A stretch of DNA of 64,000 nt. Source: Candidatus Bathyarchaeia archaeon (GTDB taxonomy: Archaea; Thermoproteota; Bathyarchaeia; Bathyarchaeales; DTEX01). Position numbers and translations under genes: made by a program. This document shows, in pieces, positions 1 to 10,325 of the stretch. The stretch lies in assembly GCA_038867895.1 (NCBI GenBank), contig JAWBXL010000001.1, forward strand, positions 19,334 to 83,333, given 5' to 3'. Under the pieces are notes generated by a model. It made no database searches. It worked only from the letters and a program-made list of their open reading frames with translations, and was not told where the DNA came from. The stretch's first letter is position 1. Every line of letters begins with the position of its first letter.

Positions 1-850
1 CTTTTAATCGGCTATCCGAACTCAGCATATGTAGAAGATAGGCTTGTTTAGGCGTAACTACAAGCCGTCTACCACCCCTTGACGCAATCTCACAGAACGA
101 TCTTAATCTATCAATATCAGCATAAGCAAAATCCGTTAATACTAAATTACGAGTATTTCCGACAACCATGTTAAGCTTCTCCATAACCTCATGCTCTGAG
201 GAGACCTCAACCTCGGTCATATTTGTATGCTCACATATAACGGCTTCTGGTCTTTCTTTAAATGAAGCCTCTAGAAAATCTTCCGTCAATTCTGGTCTCT
301 GCCCGTGTCTCCTGAAATCCCCAGTATAAACGATTGGACCGGAAGAAGTGTAGATTATAAAGCCATATGATCCTGGAACAGAATGGTCTACATGTACTGG
401 CATAATTTCAAGGGAGCCAATCCTTATTTTATCGCCTGTACGGAATTTCCTGAATGTTATCCCCTTAAGGTTAAATTCTACATTCGTTGGGCGCACTTCA
501 TTTAAAGTGTTAAGTATAAGGGATGTTGTCTCTCCACAATAAACTGGTATATCTCTTCTCAAAAGCGATACGTGAGCTGAATGATCCATATGGGAGTGTG
601 AGAGGAAAACAGCGTCAATATATCGCTCAGATTCATCAAAATAGTATACTCCTTTTAGGTTAGGCAATAACCCTATCTTAATTAGCTCAGAGCTATTTCT
701 CGGCGAGAGAAAAGGTGTAGAATAAAATTTATCCCTTAGCGTGAAAGATGCCCCAAAATCAAAGAAGACTTTTGCATCATTATCCTCTACTAGAATCTTA
801 TTTCCACCAACCTCATTCACACCGCCATAAAAAGATATTTTAACCCCCAA
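1..850 (-). CDS. MBL-fold beta-CASP ribonuclease, RNase J-like (C-terminal part outside window)
   Basis: Not in the supplied ORF track because it runs off the window edge. My minus-strand translation from TTG at 850 gives MGVKISFYGGVNEVGGNKILVED. It has the HxHxDH metal motif HSHMDH (nt 581-598) and a YTGDFR motif. The frame stays open to nt 2. Confidence 0.7.
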   Translation of the reverse strand, partial: MGVKISFYGGVNEVGGNKILVEDNDAKVFFDFGASFTLRDKFYSTPFLSPRNSSELIKIGLLPNLKGVYYFDESERYIDAVFLSHSHMDHSAHVSLLRRDIPVYCGETTSLILNTLNEVRPTNVEFNLKGITFRKFRTGDKIRIGSLEIMPVHVDHSVPGSYGFIIYTSSGPIVYTGDFRRHGQRPELTEDFLEASFKERPEAVICEHTNMTEVEVSSEHEVMEKLNMVVGNTRNLVLTDFAYADIDRLRSFCEIASRGGRRLVVTPKQAYLLHMLSSDSRLK

Positions 851-2573
851 CTTGCACCCCTCCCAGCCTTTTATAATTTAGTGTTTTCAGCAGATTTTTG
901 CACGAATTTACTATTGTTAAAAGTATATGTGGCGGTGTAAAGAAACTGAATACTCTCATGTATTTTAGTGATAATGCTCTCTTAACATTCTCTAAATTTC
1001 CATTTGATATAATATATCCGTTTATGAACTCTCTTACAATTTCCTCAACCATATTTGCTGGTAGTAAAATGTAGTGCCCTGAATAATAGAGAAACTCGGC
1101 AATATCCCATACCTGGTCTCCTCCTCTCTCCGCTTGCTCAAGATCTACAAAAAATATCCTTCCATCATCCGCTACTATTATATTCTCTGGCTTGCAATCG
1201 CCAATAGATACGCCTAACATGTGAATTTTAGCTATCTCACACCCTATTTTCCTGATAACCTCAAGAAGATTCCTCTTTTCCTCTCCCGCTCTGCATAATT
1301 GTTTAATCACTTTAGAAGCTGCCGCGCCTTCAATATGCTCTTGGATAATGATTTTCTCTTCTGGGCTAACATAAATTATTGCTGGTACGTTGATTCCATG
1401 AGAGGATAAAAATCTATTTATCGTATACTCTTTCTCAAGTCTAGTTTTCCCAAGCACAGCGAAGTTTCTTGTACCTAGTGTCCAAATGGTTATAGGAAAC
1501 CATTTCCAACCATACCAATCCTTGAAGATTTTGACAACAAATTTCCTTTCTTTATTATCGTCAAAAAATCTTAGCACATATACGCTATTAAGAACCCCGC
1601 CCAGTTTCTTGACGCTGCACGCGAAAATAGAATTCTTAGTAAGAAATTTTCTAACAATTTCTTTTATGCTTATTTTCTCAGTAAATGGTATTATGCCCAA
1701 TGCTGTTGGTATAAAAATGTATTTTCTCGGGTTCTCAAGCGCTTTGAGGGATTTTTTGGAGAAATCTTTTGAATGATATGTGCTGTATATCCTGTTTTCA
1801 TCGAGAAGGGACTCTCTAATTTCTGGGAAAATTCCAAGAATGTAACGAATTATATTAGCTCTGACAACATTGAATAAGCCCACTAAATAATAACCGCGCT
1901 TCTCTTTAACTTTTGTAATATATTCATCAGTCATCTTAAGGAAGCGCTCATTAGTCGTGCAAAGGGCTCCCTCATCAATAAGCTCATCTATCGCGGCCCT
2001 AAATCCCCTGATCATTCTGGAAATGTTCTTCTCTTTTTCCTTCCCTCTAAGAATATTTATGAAGCGATATGATATTGGCGGAAAAAGAATCGCCCTGCGC
2101 GTTAAATATTCATATATAAAGTACTCAGGTTCAATCAAAAAATCTCTTGACATTTCTGGGAAGCCCAGAACTAGATTAGTCAGAATATTATTCACGATAT
2201 TCTTTTTTACCTTGACCTCTTGGCTCCATAAATACTCTATGCCCATAATTGGCTCATAAGGCGTTATAAGATTTTCAGAAAATATTCCACCAAAATATTC
2301 ATATTTAATATCATTCTCAAAACTATTTCTATCGACTATTAGCAGGCGAACCTTTTTATCCGCTAGCCATTCAGACTGGCACCTTAAAGTAGTTCTTTTT
2401 GACCCAGTTATAACTAGAATATCTATCGCGCTTCTCTCATCTGCATATCCCCCAGCATACGCTCCATAAACTAGACTAGCAAAAACATCGGCAACCCTAT
2501 CTTTCAAGAGAAAATGAAGTGCTCTCTTTAATTCTTCACTTAACTGTATTGGCATTTCTCTAGATAGTAACAT
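840..2573 (-). CDS. Nucleotidyltransferase-domain / protein-kinase-like fusion protein
   Basis: 577-aa ORF. N-terminus has a Pol-beta-type NTase signature (LVYGAYAGGYADERSAIDILVIT). C-terminus has kinase-fold motifs VVKIFK, EKEY, GDCKPENIIV and FFVDLEQA. Its stop overlaps the downstream RNase J-like start by 11 nt. Confidence 0.6.
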   Translation of the reverse strand: MLLSREMPIQLSEELKRALHFLLKDRVADVFASLVYGAYAGGYADERSAIDILVITGSKRTTLRCQSEWLADKKVRLLIVDRNSFENDIKYEYFGGIFSENLITPYEPIMGIEYLWSQEVKVKKNIVNNILTNLVLGFPEMSRDFLIEPEYFIYEYLTRRAILFPPISYRFINILRGKEKEKNISRMIRGFRAAIDELIDEGALCTTNERFLKMTDEYITKVKEKRGYYLVGLFNVVRANIIRYILGIFPEIRESLLDENRIYSTYHSKDFSKKSLKALENPRKYIFIPTALGIIPFTEKISIKEIVRKFLTKNSIFACSVKKLGGVLNSVYVLRFFDDNKERKFVVKIFKDWYGWKWFPITIWTLGTRNFAVLGKTRLEKEYTINRFLSSHGINVPAIIYVSPEEKIIIQEHIEGAAASKVIKQLCRAGEEKRNLLEVIRKIGCEIAKIHMLGVSIGDCKPENIIVADDGRIFFVDLEQAERGGDQVWDIAEFLYYSGHYILLPANMVEEIVREFINGYIISNGNLENVKRALSLKYMRVFSFFTPPHILLTIVNSCKNLLKTLNYKRLGGVQVGG

Positions 2574-2649
2574 GGTTCCTCTTGCAAAACCTTGTCATAA
2601 TCCCTTATAGATCTAAATTATTATAATATTTTTCAGCTAGATATATATT

Positions 2650-3498
2650 GTGCATAGATTTTATGCCGAAGCTATTAGAACCAAGTATTGGATGCCTGGA
2701 GAAAATTATTTAGAGAGAATAGCTGAGGCTGTTGAGGGAAGAGTTTCTGATGGTGATGTGATAGTTATTTCCGAGAAAGCTATCTGCATAGCGAAGAAAT
2801 TATTAATTAATGAGGAAAGTATTAAACCTAGCCCTCTTGCCCGCTTCTTAGCCTGCTTCTGGATGAGACTTATATGGGGATATTTCCTTGGAATCCTATG
2901 CCACCTAAAGAAAAAGAACATTATACGTTTAAGAAACTATCCGTTTAGAGAAGGCGCAGCCCATAAGGAGGTTACATTGAGGTATGCTGGTTTTCTTCAC
3001 GCTTTAATGTGGGGTTCTGAGGGCGGTATAGATGGAAGTAACCTTCCCTACGCATACGTCAGTCTCCCCCTAAAAAATGCTCAACAAGTTGCAGAAGAGA
3101 TCCGTGAGTATTTAAAGAATAGACTCGGGATAAACTTGATAATTATGATAGTTGACACAGACAAAACATATTCTTTCAGAAATTTTCACTTTACGCACCG
3201 ACCATGGCCATTAAAGGGAATTCATGTGCTCCCTGGATTCATAGCATATGTTATCGGTAGATCCCTTAAACTTAAGCGTAGACCTACACCACTAGCATTG
3301 GCTGGCGCAGTGATGAGTGTAGAGTTAGCGCTCAGGATGGCTGAGGTCGCCGATAAGGTAAGGGGGCATGGATCCGGCCGCACAGTTTGGGATATGGCTG
3401 AAAATTTTCGTGTAAATTTAACTGGTGTGACATGGGATATGCTTAAAAGGCTGGAGCATAAACCCATAGTACTCATTAGATTTTTAAGTTCCATGTAA
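2650..3498 (+). CDS. CofE-like (F420-0:gamma-glutamyl ligase family) protein
   Basis: 282-aa ORF with motifs DGDVIVISEKAICIAK, SEGGIDGSNLP and IVDTDKT, typical of the CofE fold. Confidence 0.55.
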   Translation: MHRFYAEAIRTKYWMPGENYLERIAEAVEGRVSDGDVIVISEKAICIAKKLLINEESIKPSPLARFLACFWMRLIWGYFLGILCHLKKKNIIRLRNYPFREGAAHKEVTLRYAGFLHALMWGSEGGIDGSNLPYAYVSLPLKNAQQVAEEIREYLKNRLGINLIIMIVDTDKTYSFRNFHFTHRPWPLKGIHVLPGFIAYVIGRSLKLKRRPTPLALAGAVMSVELALRMAEVADKVRGHGSGRTVWDMAENFRVNLTGVTWDMLKRLEHKPIVLIRFLSSM

Positions 3499-3519
3499 AA
3501 TGATTATTATCTAGGAAAA

Positions 3520-3966
3520 GTGGAGATAACTGTGGTGTGTATTGAGAGAAAGCTTAAAAAATTAAATTATTTGATTGAGAGACTTAAAGATGAGGTTTCG
3601 GAGGGCGCGCTATTAATTGTTGAGGGAGAAAAGGATATCGATTCTCTTAGAACCATTGGAATAATTGGAATAAAAAATAATATAATAGCTATTAAATCTG
3701 GCGGAAAAACTCTTCAGGAAATTATAGACCGAATCTCTTTTTCGGATAAAGAAGTTATATTGCTAACGGACTTTGATAGAAAAGGTAGAGAGCTTGCGTG
3801 GCGCTTATACAAGTCTCTTGAGAGAATGAAGATAAAAGTTAATTTGAGATTTTGGAGTGAGATATGCGAGTTACTTGGGGGTGACATAAAAGATATAGAG
3901 GGATTAGCGGGTTGCTTAGAGAATTTGAGGAAGAAAGTTGAAAAAGGCTTGTCGGATATAAATTAA
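3520..3966 (+). CDS. Small Toprim-domain protein (primase-like / RNase M5-like)
   Basis: 148-aa ORF with the Toprim signature LLIVEGEKDIDSL ... VILLTDFDRKGRELA. Confidence 0.6.
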   Translation: MEITVVCIERKLKKLNYLIERLKDEVSEGALLIVEGEKDIDSLRTIGIIGIKNNIIAIKSGGKTLQEIIDRISFSDKEVILLTDFDRKGRELAWRLYKSLERMKIKVNLRFWSEICELLGGDIKDIEGLAGCLENLRKKVEKGLSDIN

Positions 3967-4082
3967 GGAAAGGATAAGAATATATGTAAGATCCGAAAAG
4001 AAATAATTAAGGTTAGTTAAGACTGTAGGGAATTCGATGTTTATTAACCTGATTAATTTCATTATTTGGAGGTCAATAGTTT

Positions 4083-5222
4083 ATGAGCTCGCACTCACTA
4101 GCAATAAAATACATAATTAAAGCGAAGTTTGAGGTCGATGGGATAGTTGAAAAGCCAGATGTTATTGGCGCAATCTTTGGTCAAACGGAAGGACTTTTTG
4201 GGGCAGAATTGGATTTAAGAGAGCTCCAGAAGTCTGGTAGAGTTGGTAGAATAGAAGTTGAAGTAACTTTACAGAGAGACAATAAAACTGTGGGGACAAT
4301 AATCATTCCAACGAGCCTAGATAAAGTTTCAACGGCAATCATAGCTGCGAGTGTTGAGAGTATAGATAGAATTGGACCATGCACCGCTAAAATAACTTTA
4401 GAAAAAATTGAGGATATTAGAGAGACAAAGCGTAAAGCTATAATTGAAAGAGCAAAGGAGATACTTCAGAAATGGAGTCTTGAAACGTTACCTGAGACTG
4501 AGGAGATGTTAAAAGAAGTTTCAGAAATACTTAGAGTGGCGAGGATAAGGGAGTATGGTCCGGAGAAGCTTCCAGCTGGGCCAGAAGTAGATTCTGCAAA
4601 GGAAATAATTATTGTTGAGGGTAGAGCAGATGTAATAAACCTTGTGAGACACGGTATATACAACGTTATAGCGTTAGAGGGCGTCAAAATACCTGAAACA
4701 GTTATCAAGTTAACTAGAGAAAAAGAGGCGACAGCTTTTCTAGATGGTGATCACGGTGGGGACCTAATTCTTAAGGAGCTATTAAATGTCGCCAACATAA
4801 AATACGTAGCTAGGGCTCCAAAAGGAAAGGAGGTTGAGGATTTAACTGCTAAAGAGATTGAGGAAGCTTTACGCAATAGGGTTTCGGTTGAGGAGATTTT
4901 TGAGCGGAAGAAGAAGCGTAAAAAAATTCTTGTGTCAAAGGAGATAATTGAAGCGGCAGAAGAGCTTAGGGGGAGCTTTGAAGCGATTCTTTTCAACGAG
5001 AAAATGGAGAGAATTGGTAGGCTCCCTGTGAGTGAGCTTGCTGAGAAACTGAGGGAGATGGAGAGTGTAAATACCGTAGTTTTTGATGGAATAATAACTC
5101 AAAGGCTTGTTGATATAGCTAGCGAAAGAAATATTAAGTATCTTATTGGAGCCCGCATCTCAGATGTCATAAAGCAGCCTCTGGGAATATCATTGTTAAC
5201 GTTTGATGATATACTCGATTAA
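4083..5222 (+). CDS. dnaG: Archaeal DnaG primase / exosome-associated Toprim protein
   Basis: 379-aa ORF with the conserved archaeal DnaG N-terminus KYIIKAKFEVDGIVEKPDVIGAIFGQTEGL. Toprim motifs IIVEGRADVINL and FLDGDHGGDLI. Confidence 0.9.
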   Translation: MSSHSLAIKYIIKAKFEVDGIVEKPDVIGAIFGQTEGLFGAELDLRELQKSGRVGRIEVEVTLQRDNKTVGTIIIPTSLDKVSTAIIAASVESIDRIGPCTAKITLEKIEDIRETKRKAIIERAKEILQKWSLETLPETEEMLKEVSEILRVARIREYGPEKLPAGPEVDSAKEIIIVEGRADVINLVRHGIYNVIALEGVKIPETVIKLTREKEATAFLDGDHGGDLILKELLNVANIKYVARAPKGKEVEDLTAKEIEEALRNRVSVEEIFERKKKRKKILVSKEIIEAAEELRGSFEAILFNEKMERIGRLPVSELAEKLREMESVNTVVFDGIITQRLVDIASERNIKYLIGARISDVIKQPLGISLLTFDDILD

Positions 5223-5223
5223 G

Positions 5224-7617
5224 TCAACTTTTCCCAAAAAACTCGAGTAATGTTTGCGCATTTCCCGTCTTAGGAGGCAATAAATCGTTTTCTTTAATGC
5301 CAAATAATGAGAGTATTCTCAATGCCGCTGGAATTATTTGATTTGCCACGTAGTATTCTATGTCAACTTCGTCATATGATGCTAAAATATACGGTTTGGC
5401 TCGCTCATGAAGCTTACCTGAACCAGCTGCTATAATATAACCAATTTTATCGCCGACAGTTAATGCCCAACCTTCCCTCTGGAGAATCTTTGCAGCCTCA
5501 ACATGCGGGGCCTTCACCTCATACTCCTCAGGAGACTTTGTTAACGTTTTCCATATTATTAGGTCACGGTATGGAACCCTTCTATTTCTTAAACTTGTTA
5601 TATATTTTCGTACATAATCTACAGCTTTACTGACAGCCAGTTCCTTTAAGATTTTTTCTAAAATTTTTTCTTGAATATCCTTTGCGACGTTTGCCCAATC
5701 TCCTCTAACAACCTCTAACCCAACTATATCAAGTCTTCCATCCTGCATTAAGCCGCAATAACGCTTCTTTGCTTCCGTGAAGAGTACGCGCACATATATT
5801 TTATCTGGTTTTATCTCTAAGCCAAATCTCTCCTCAATGATTTTTGATAGTTTTTCTATTTTTTCTATGTCATTCTTCACGAAGATGCTGTCTGTGTCAC
5901 CATAAATTACTTCTAAACCGAGGTTTTTGGCAATCCTAATAGTATCCATGATGATATGTCTACCCCATGCGGTAACCGCCTCAGCAACAGGCTTAATATA
6001 CCATCTCGCGCCTATCCATCCGGCATAACCATACGTTGCATTTGCAATTACCTTAATTGCTTTTTGGCGAGCGTCAAGAAGTCTATACTTAACTGTTCCA
6101 TGATCAACTTTCTTAAGCTCCGCTCTTACATAATCTCTTGCCTTAATAAGTTTTGTAAGAACTTCACGATAAAACCCTGGGGGCTCCTTCCTAAATTTAT
6201 GATTTACCTCAGGCGCTATGAAGACGCCAGATTCAGGTTCAGGTTCCTCTGCAGAGATGTAGGTGTCTGGCGAAGCGTTGTAGGTTATCATTATATTTGG
6301 ATACATAGATTTAAAATCTAAAACTGCTATGTTTTCATGGATCCCGGGCTTAGGCTCTAGGACGAGGGCGCCAGCATAGGAAGTATATGGCCTCTCAACT
6401 TTTTTCGGCACTAATTCGCCCATTTGGTAAGCATGGCGTATCAGGAACCATTCAACTCTAAAGCCGACCGCTGCCGTGCCAACTTGATCTAATGGTAAAC
6501 CGACCAGGCTTGAGAGCTGAATGGCGAAATCCAGAATTGCCTTGGTTATACCCATTATACATTTCGTATTATCCATGGAAAACCTTAGTAGCTCCAGTCT
6601 TTTCTCCGGGTCATCCCAGTATTGGGCATATTCAACGTCTTCTATTAATATCCTCTCTCCTATTTTCATTATCCCTAAGTAATCCGCTATATGTTCTAGA
6701 GTTTTAATTTTAACTTCAGGAAATTCATCTGCATAATCAAAGAGATCTATGTTAGCCCTGCCAGTTATAGAAATATGCCCATAAGTACTTGTATGCGGCT
6801 CTGTATTCGCTCTATCGATCTTCAGGGATATCCCATTTATCCGCGCCCTCGTCATCAAATATGGTATGTCCTTTCTATTTGTTTCAAAGCCGACAATTAT
6901 ATCTGGGTCAAATTTTCTTAGATACTCTATAAAATCATTAATAATTTTTCCATCATCTCCAGTCCTCTCCGCGATAAACTGCCTTTCTTCGCCAGCGCTC
7001 GTCATGGCTGAAATTATTATGATTGAATCCCTTTCAGGCTTTGGTGAACCTTTTTGGCTATAACTTATAATCGAGAAACTTAAAATTTTCAATTTTGGGT
7101 TTTCAATAATCTCTGGTAAATATTTTGGTCTCGATTTTGCAATCAGTACTCTATCAACCTGCATATCTAATTTATTATTTTCCTCTTCCACCTCCACCTC
7201 GTGCCAGCCGCATGGGACAATATTATTGTCAATCATATAGCGCATGGAATATCTTATATCATCCTCAAGAAAGCTACCGACGCCCTTTATCCTCGAGATC
7301 ACCTTGATGCATTCTTGCATCATATCCGGATTCTGACAGTAAACTTTGACAGCCTTTACTAGCTTTCCAAAAAACTTCCGGTCTACAACTTCTGAGCTAA
7401 CCATATACGGTAAGCTGGTGCCTACCCGCTTTACTCTCTCAGCGAGTTTCTCAGCATCTTCTCCAGCTTCTGGGAGAACATAAAAATATGTTGTGAATCC
7501 TCTATCAATGACTAAAATTCTCTCTCCATCATCATTTATACCCCAAAGCCAGACTTCAGGATTATTATCCCTTACTTCATAATTTATATCTAACAACCAG
7601 AAGCGGCATAAAGGCAA
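5224..7617 (-). CDS. polB: DNA polymerase, family B
   Basis: 797-aa ORF with polymerase motifs A (DFKSMYPNIM), B (KVIANATYGY) and C (YGDTDS), plus an N-terminal exonuclease region. Confidence 0.95.
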   Translation of the reverse strand: MPLCRFWLLDINYEVRDNNPEVWLWGINDDGERILVIDRGFTTYFYVLPEAGEDAEKLAERVKRVGTSLPYMVSSEVVDRKFFGKLVKAVKVYCQNPDMMQECIKVISRIKGVGSFLEDDIRYSMRYMIDNNIVPCGWHEVEVEEENNKLDMQVDRVLIAKSRPKYLPEIIENPKLKILSFSIISYSQKGSPKPERDSIIIISAMTSAGEERQFIAERTGDDGKIINDFIEYLRKFDPDIIVGFETNRKDIPYLMTRARINGISLKIDRANTEPHTSTYGHISITGRANIDLFDYADEFPEVKIKTLEHIADYLGIMKIGERILIEDVEYAQYWDDPEKRLELLRFSMDNTKCIMGITKAILDFAIQLSSLVGLPLDQVGTAAVGFRVEWFLIRHAYQMGELVPKKVERPYTSYAGALVLEPKPGIHENIAVLDFKSMYPNIMITYNASPDTYISAEEPEPESGVFIAPEVNHKFRKEPPGFYREVLTKLIKARDYVRAELKKVDHGTVKYRLLDARQKAIKVIANATYGYAGWIGARWYIKPVAEAVTAWGRHIIMDTIRIAKNLGLEVIYGDTDSIFVKNDIEKIEKLSKIIEERFGLEIKPDKIYVRVLFTEAKKRYCGLMQDGRLDIVGLEVVRGDWANVAKDIQEKILEKILKELAVSKAVDYVRKYITSLRNRRVPYRDLIIWKTLTKSPEEYEVKAPHVEAAKILQREGWALTVGDKIGYIIAAGSGKLHERAKPYILASYDEVDIEYYVANQIIPAALRILSLFGIKENDLLPPKTGNAQTLLEFFGKS

Positions 7618-7787
7618 ACTTTCACGTCTCCTCTAAATCTTATTGTGTAAAATTTATAGAATTAATTTTTGCATGTAAGAAAATAACTATTGCGCTTACA
7701 CAAACAAAATTAAGAATATTTTATTAGCGCTTATATTTTACAATTACAAATTATATTATTGTTTTATATGCTTTGGGGCGATGTTTA

Positions 7788-8591
7788 ATGTTAATTGCTA
7801 TCCTAGGTGGCGGTGTTCTGGGCGAAGCTATCGCAAGGGGTCTGATTTCAAGCGGCTATGAAGTTATAGTTACCGAGAAAAGGGATGAGCGCATACGCGA
7901 ACTTGAGAAGCTTGGTTTTATAGTCATGAAAAATAATAAGGCAGCTGTTAAACAAGCTGAAATTGTGATACTTTGCGTTAAACCAAAGGATATTGAAGAT
8001 TTACTAAATGAAATTAGTGAAGAAATAAAGGGCAAGATCCTGATCTCCGTGGCTGCAGTCATATCAATAAGCTTCCTTAAAAAGGTAGCTCAGGGCGCAA
8101 AGATATTTAGAGCCATGCCAAACCTAGCAGTGCTCGTTCGTGAAGCATTTATAGCTTACTCAGCTGACCAGAATATAAGCCAAGGAGACATTGAAGTTGT
8201 TACAAAGGTACTTGGGGCTCTTGGAAAGGTCTATATGGTTGAAGAGACCCACATGGATGCTATAACAGCCTTAAATGGTTGTGCGCCAGCTTATATGTCA
8301 CTTGTAGCTGAAGCCATGATGTATGCTGGTCTAGAAATAGGCCTTGAAAGGGATCTGACCTTAGCCATAGTTGCGCAGGCAATGATTGGGACAGGGAAAT
8401 TAATCCTTGATGGTAAGAAAACCCCATCTGAAATATGCGCTATGGTTACGACCCCTGGTGGGGTTACCGTGGAGGGATTATTTGAGCTAGAGAGCTTCCC
8501 AGTAAGACACGCGTTTATGAGGGCTATTAAAGCAGCTGCTGAGAAGACGCGCAAGACATCGCTTTCGTTTGGTTACCAGACGGATTCCTAA
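7788..8591 (+). CDS. proC: Pyrroline-5-carboxylate reductase
   Basis: ORF 7773-8591. The in-frame ATG at 7788 gives MLIAILGGGVLGEAIARGL (Rossmann). C-terminal TTPGGVTVEGL motif. Confidence 0.9.
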   Translation: MLIAILGGGVLGEAIARGLISSGYEVIVTEKRDERIRELEKLGFIVMKNNKAAVKQAEIVILCVKPKDIEDLLNEISEEIKGKILISVAAVISISFLKKVAQGAKIFRAMPNLAVLVREAFIAYSADQNISQGDIEVVTKVLGALGKVYMVEETHMDAITALNGCAPAYMSLVAEAMMYAGLEIGLERDLTLAIVAQAMIGTGKLILDGKKTPSEICAMVTTPGGVTVEGLFELESFPVRHAFMRAIKAAAEKTRKTSLSFGYQTDS

Positions 8592-9172
8592 CATGAAGGC
8601 ACCATCTTATCAGTTTTCGCAAGATCCTTCAACCTTTCAATTCCGTTTATCTCCCTGATATATGTGGCGACGCTCTTCGGAAGAAGATCTTCCCAGTTTA
8701 GATCTAGGAGCATTCTACGTCTAATCTCGGTCGCTGAGCAGACATCCCTCCTATAGAAGGGTATTGACTCAACCCTAAAACCACTTTCAATAAACAGGCG
8801 CCTAGTTAACGGCTCATTTGAATATACTACTTCAAACCTTGGGACATGAGAACATACGTGAGAAACCCATAAGCTATGGACGTTAAGGTCCGCAACCGGG
8901 ATAATATAGTATCTACCTGGATCAACCCTTATTTCATTTAATGCAAGCCTAATCATATAAATTCTCTCACCAGCCGTGAATGGATTCTCGAGTGTATGAC
9001 TTTCTTGAGAGCTGCCGACAACAATTATTATCTCATTAGCATTGTTGAGAATATATTTTATGGCTTCAAGGTGACCTAAGTGGAATGGCTGGAAACGCCC
9101 GACATAAAGCGCTCTAATAGACTTTGTATTACTTCTATTTTTGCCCTCTTTTTCCATATCGATTTCCTTCAC
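8588..9172 (-). CDS. Nicotinamide-nucleotide adenylyltransferase (archaeal type)
   Basis: 194-aa ORF with GRFQPFHLGHLEAIKYIL (HxGH nucleotidyltransferase motif) and SATEIRRRM. Confidence 0.85.
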   Translation of the reverse strand: MKEIDMEKEGKNRSNTKSIRALYVGRFQPFHLGHLEAIKYILNNANEIIIVVGSSQESHTLENPFTAGERIYMIRLALNEIRVDPGRYYIIPVADLNVHSLWVSHVCSHVPRFEVVYSNEPLTRRLFIESGFRVESIPFYRRDVCSATEIRRRMLLDLNWEDLLPKSVATYIREINGIERLKDLAKTDKMVPSC

Positions 9173-9231
9173 ACCTGCCGGTTGCTGTAAACTTATTAAT
9201 ATTTAATTAAATCTGTTTTATTGTGATTTAA

Positions 9232-9585
9232 ATGTGCTGTGTTGATATGAAAAGTAATGAGGACTTAACCAAATATCTTCTTCGTATGACAGATTTTGAG
9301 AGGGCTGTTTTGTTAGAGGTCTTTAAGATACCTAGGGGAAAGGTTTCCACATATAAGCGCATAGCTGAGAGGGTTGGGCGGCCAAGAGCATTTAGGGCTG
9401 TCGGAAATACCTTGCATAAGAATCCGCTTTCACCAATGATTCCTTGTCATAGGGTCGTTAGGTCTGATGGCCGGATAGTTGGTGAAACTATCGTGGAAGT
9501 CGAAGAGCGGAGAAGATTATTGTTGGAAGAAGGCATACCAGTAATCAATTACCGTGTAAAATTAAGCAACGAGATTCTTTATTAG
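9232..9585 (+). CDS. ogt: Methylated-DNA-protein-cysteine methyltransferase, C-terminal domain only
   Basis: 117-aa ORF with the active-site motif IPCHRVV. Confidence 0.85.
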   Translation: MCCVDMKSNEDLTKYLLRMTDFERAVLLEVFKIPRGKVSTYKRIAERVGRPRAFRAVGNTLHKNPLSPMIPCHRVVRSDGRIVGETIVEVEERRRLLLEEGIPVINYRVKLSNEILY

Positions 9586-9666
9586 GGAATAACGTAAACA
9601 ATTATCTAAAAAAGTTTATTAACGAAGATTCTCAACAAATATATTAGTTCATAATCTTATTTTGGA

Positions 9667-10284
9667 GTGGAGAGTATAATATTGACTCAGTATTTAACGA
9701 TTCCGGGGGCGACGACGGTTGGTATAGTATGCTCTAATGGCGTTGTGTTGGCGTCAGAGAAGAGGGTTTCGTATGGTAACTTTGTTCTAAGTCGTTCTGC
9801 TAAGAAGGTCTTTAGGGTTTCTAGCCATATAGGCGCGGCTTGTGCTGGTCTTGTCTCTGACATGCAAATACTGGTGCGTGAGATCGGGGTTTATGCAAAT
9901 CTCTTTAAGCTTGAAACTGGACGCCCAATAAGCGTTAAAGCTGCGGCGAAAGTGATGTCTAATCTGCTCTTCAGCAGTAGGCTGATTCCCTATATAACTG
10001 AGACGATAATTGGCGGTGTTGATGATGAGGGACCATCGCTGTATGTGCTTGATCTTTTAGGCTCAGCTATACCAGATAAATATGCTGCTGTAGGCTCTGG
10101 AGCAGAAATAGCAATAGGTGTCCTAGAAGGCGAATATAAGGAGGGTATGACCGTTGAGGAGGGAAAAAATTTGGCTATAAAAGCCATAAAGTCCGCGATA
10201 AGCCGTGATGCTATGAGCGGTGATGGAATAGATATCCTAGTGATAACAAAAGATGGAATCAAAGAAGAATCTATTATGTTCTAG
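9667..10284 (+). CDS. psmB: Proteasome subunit beta
   Basis: 205-aa ORF with a short propeptide followed by TTVGIV (Thr1), and GSGAEIA. Confidence 0.9.
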   Translation: MESIILTQYLTIPGATTVGIVCSNGVVLASEKRVSYGNFVLSRSAKKVFRVSSHIGAACAGLVSDMQILVREIGVYANLFKLETGRPISVKAAAKVMSNLLFSSRLIPYITETIIGGVDDEGPSLYVLDLLGSAIPDKYAAVGSGAEIAIGVLEGEYKEGMTVEEGKNLAIKAIKSAISRDAMSGDGIDILVITKDGIKEESIMF

Positions 10285-10325
10285 ACCATCCATAAACTTT
10301 TTAGTTTTTATAAAAGGGTGAAACA

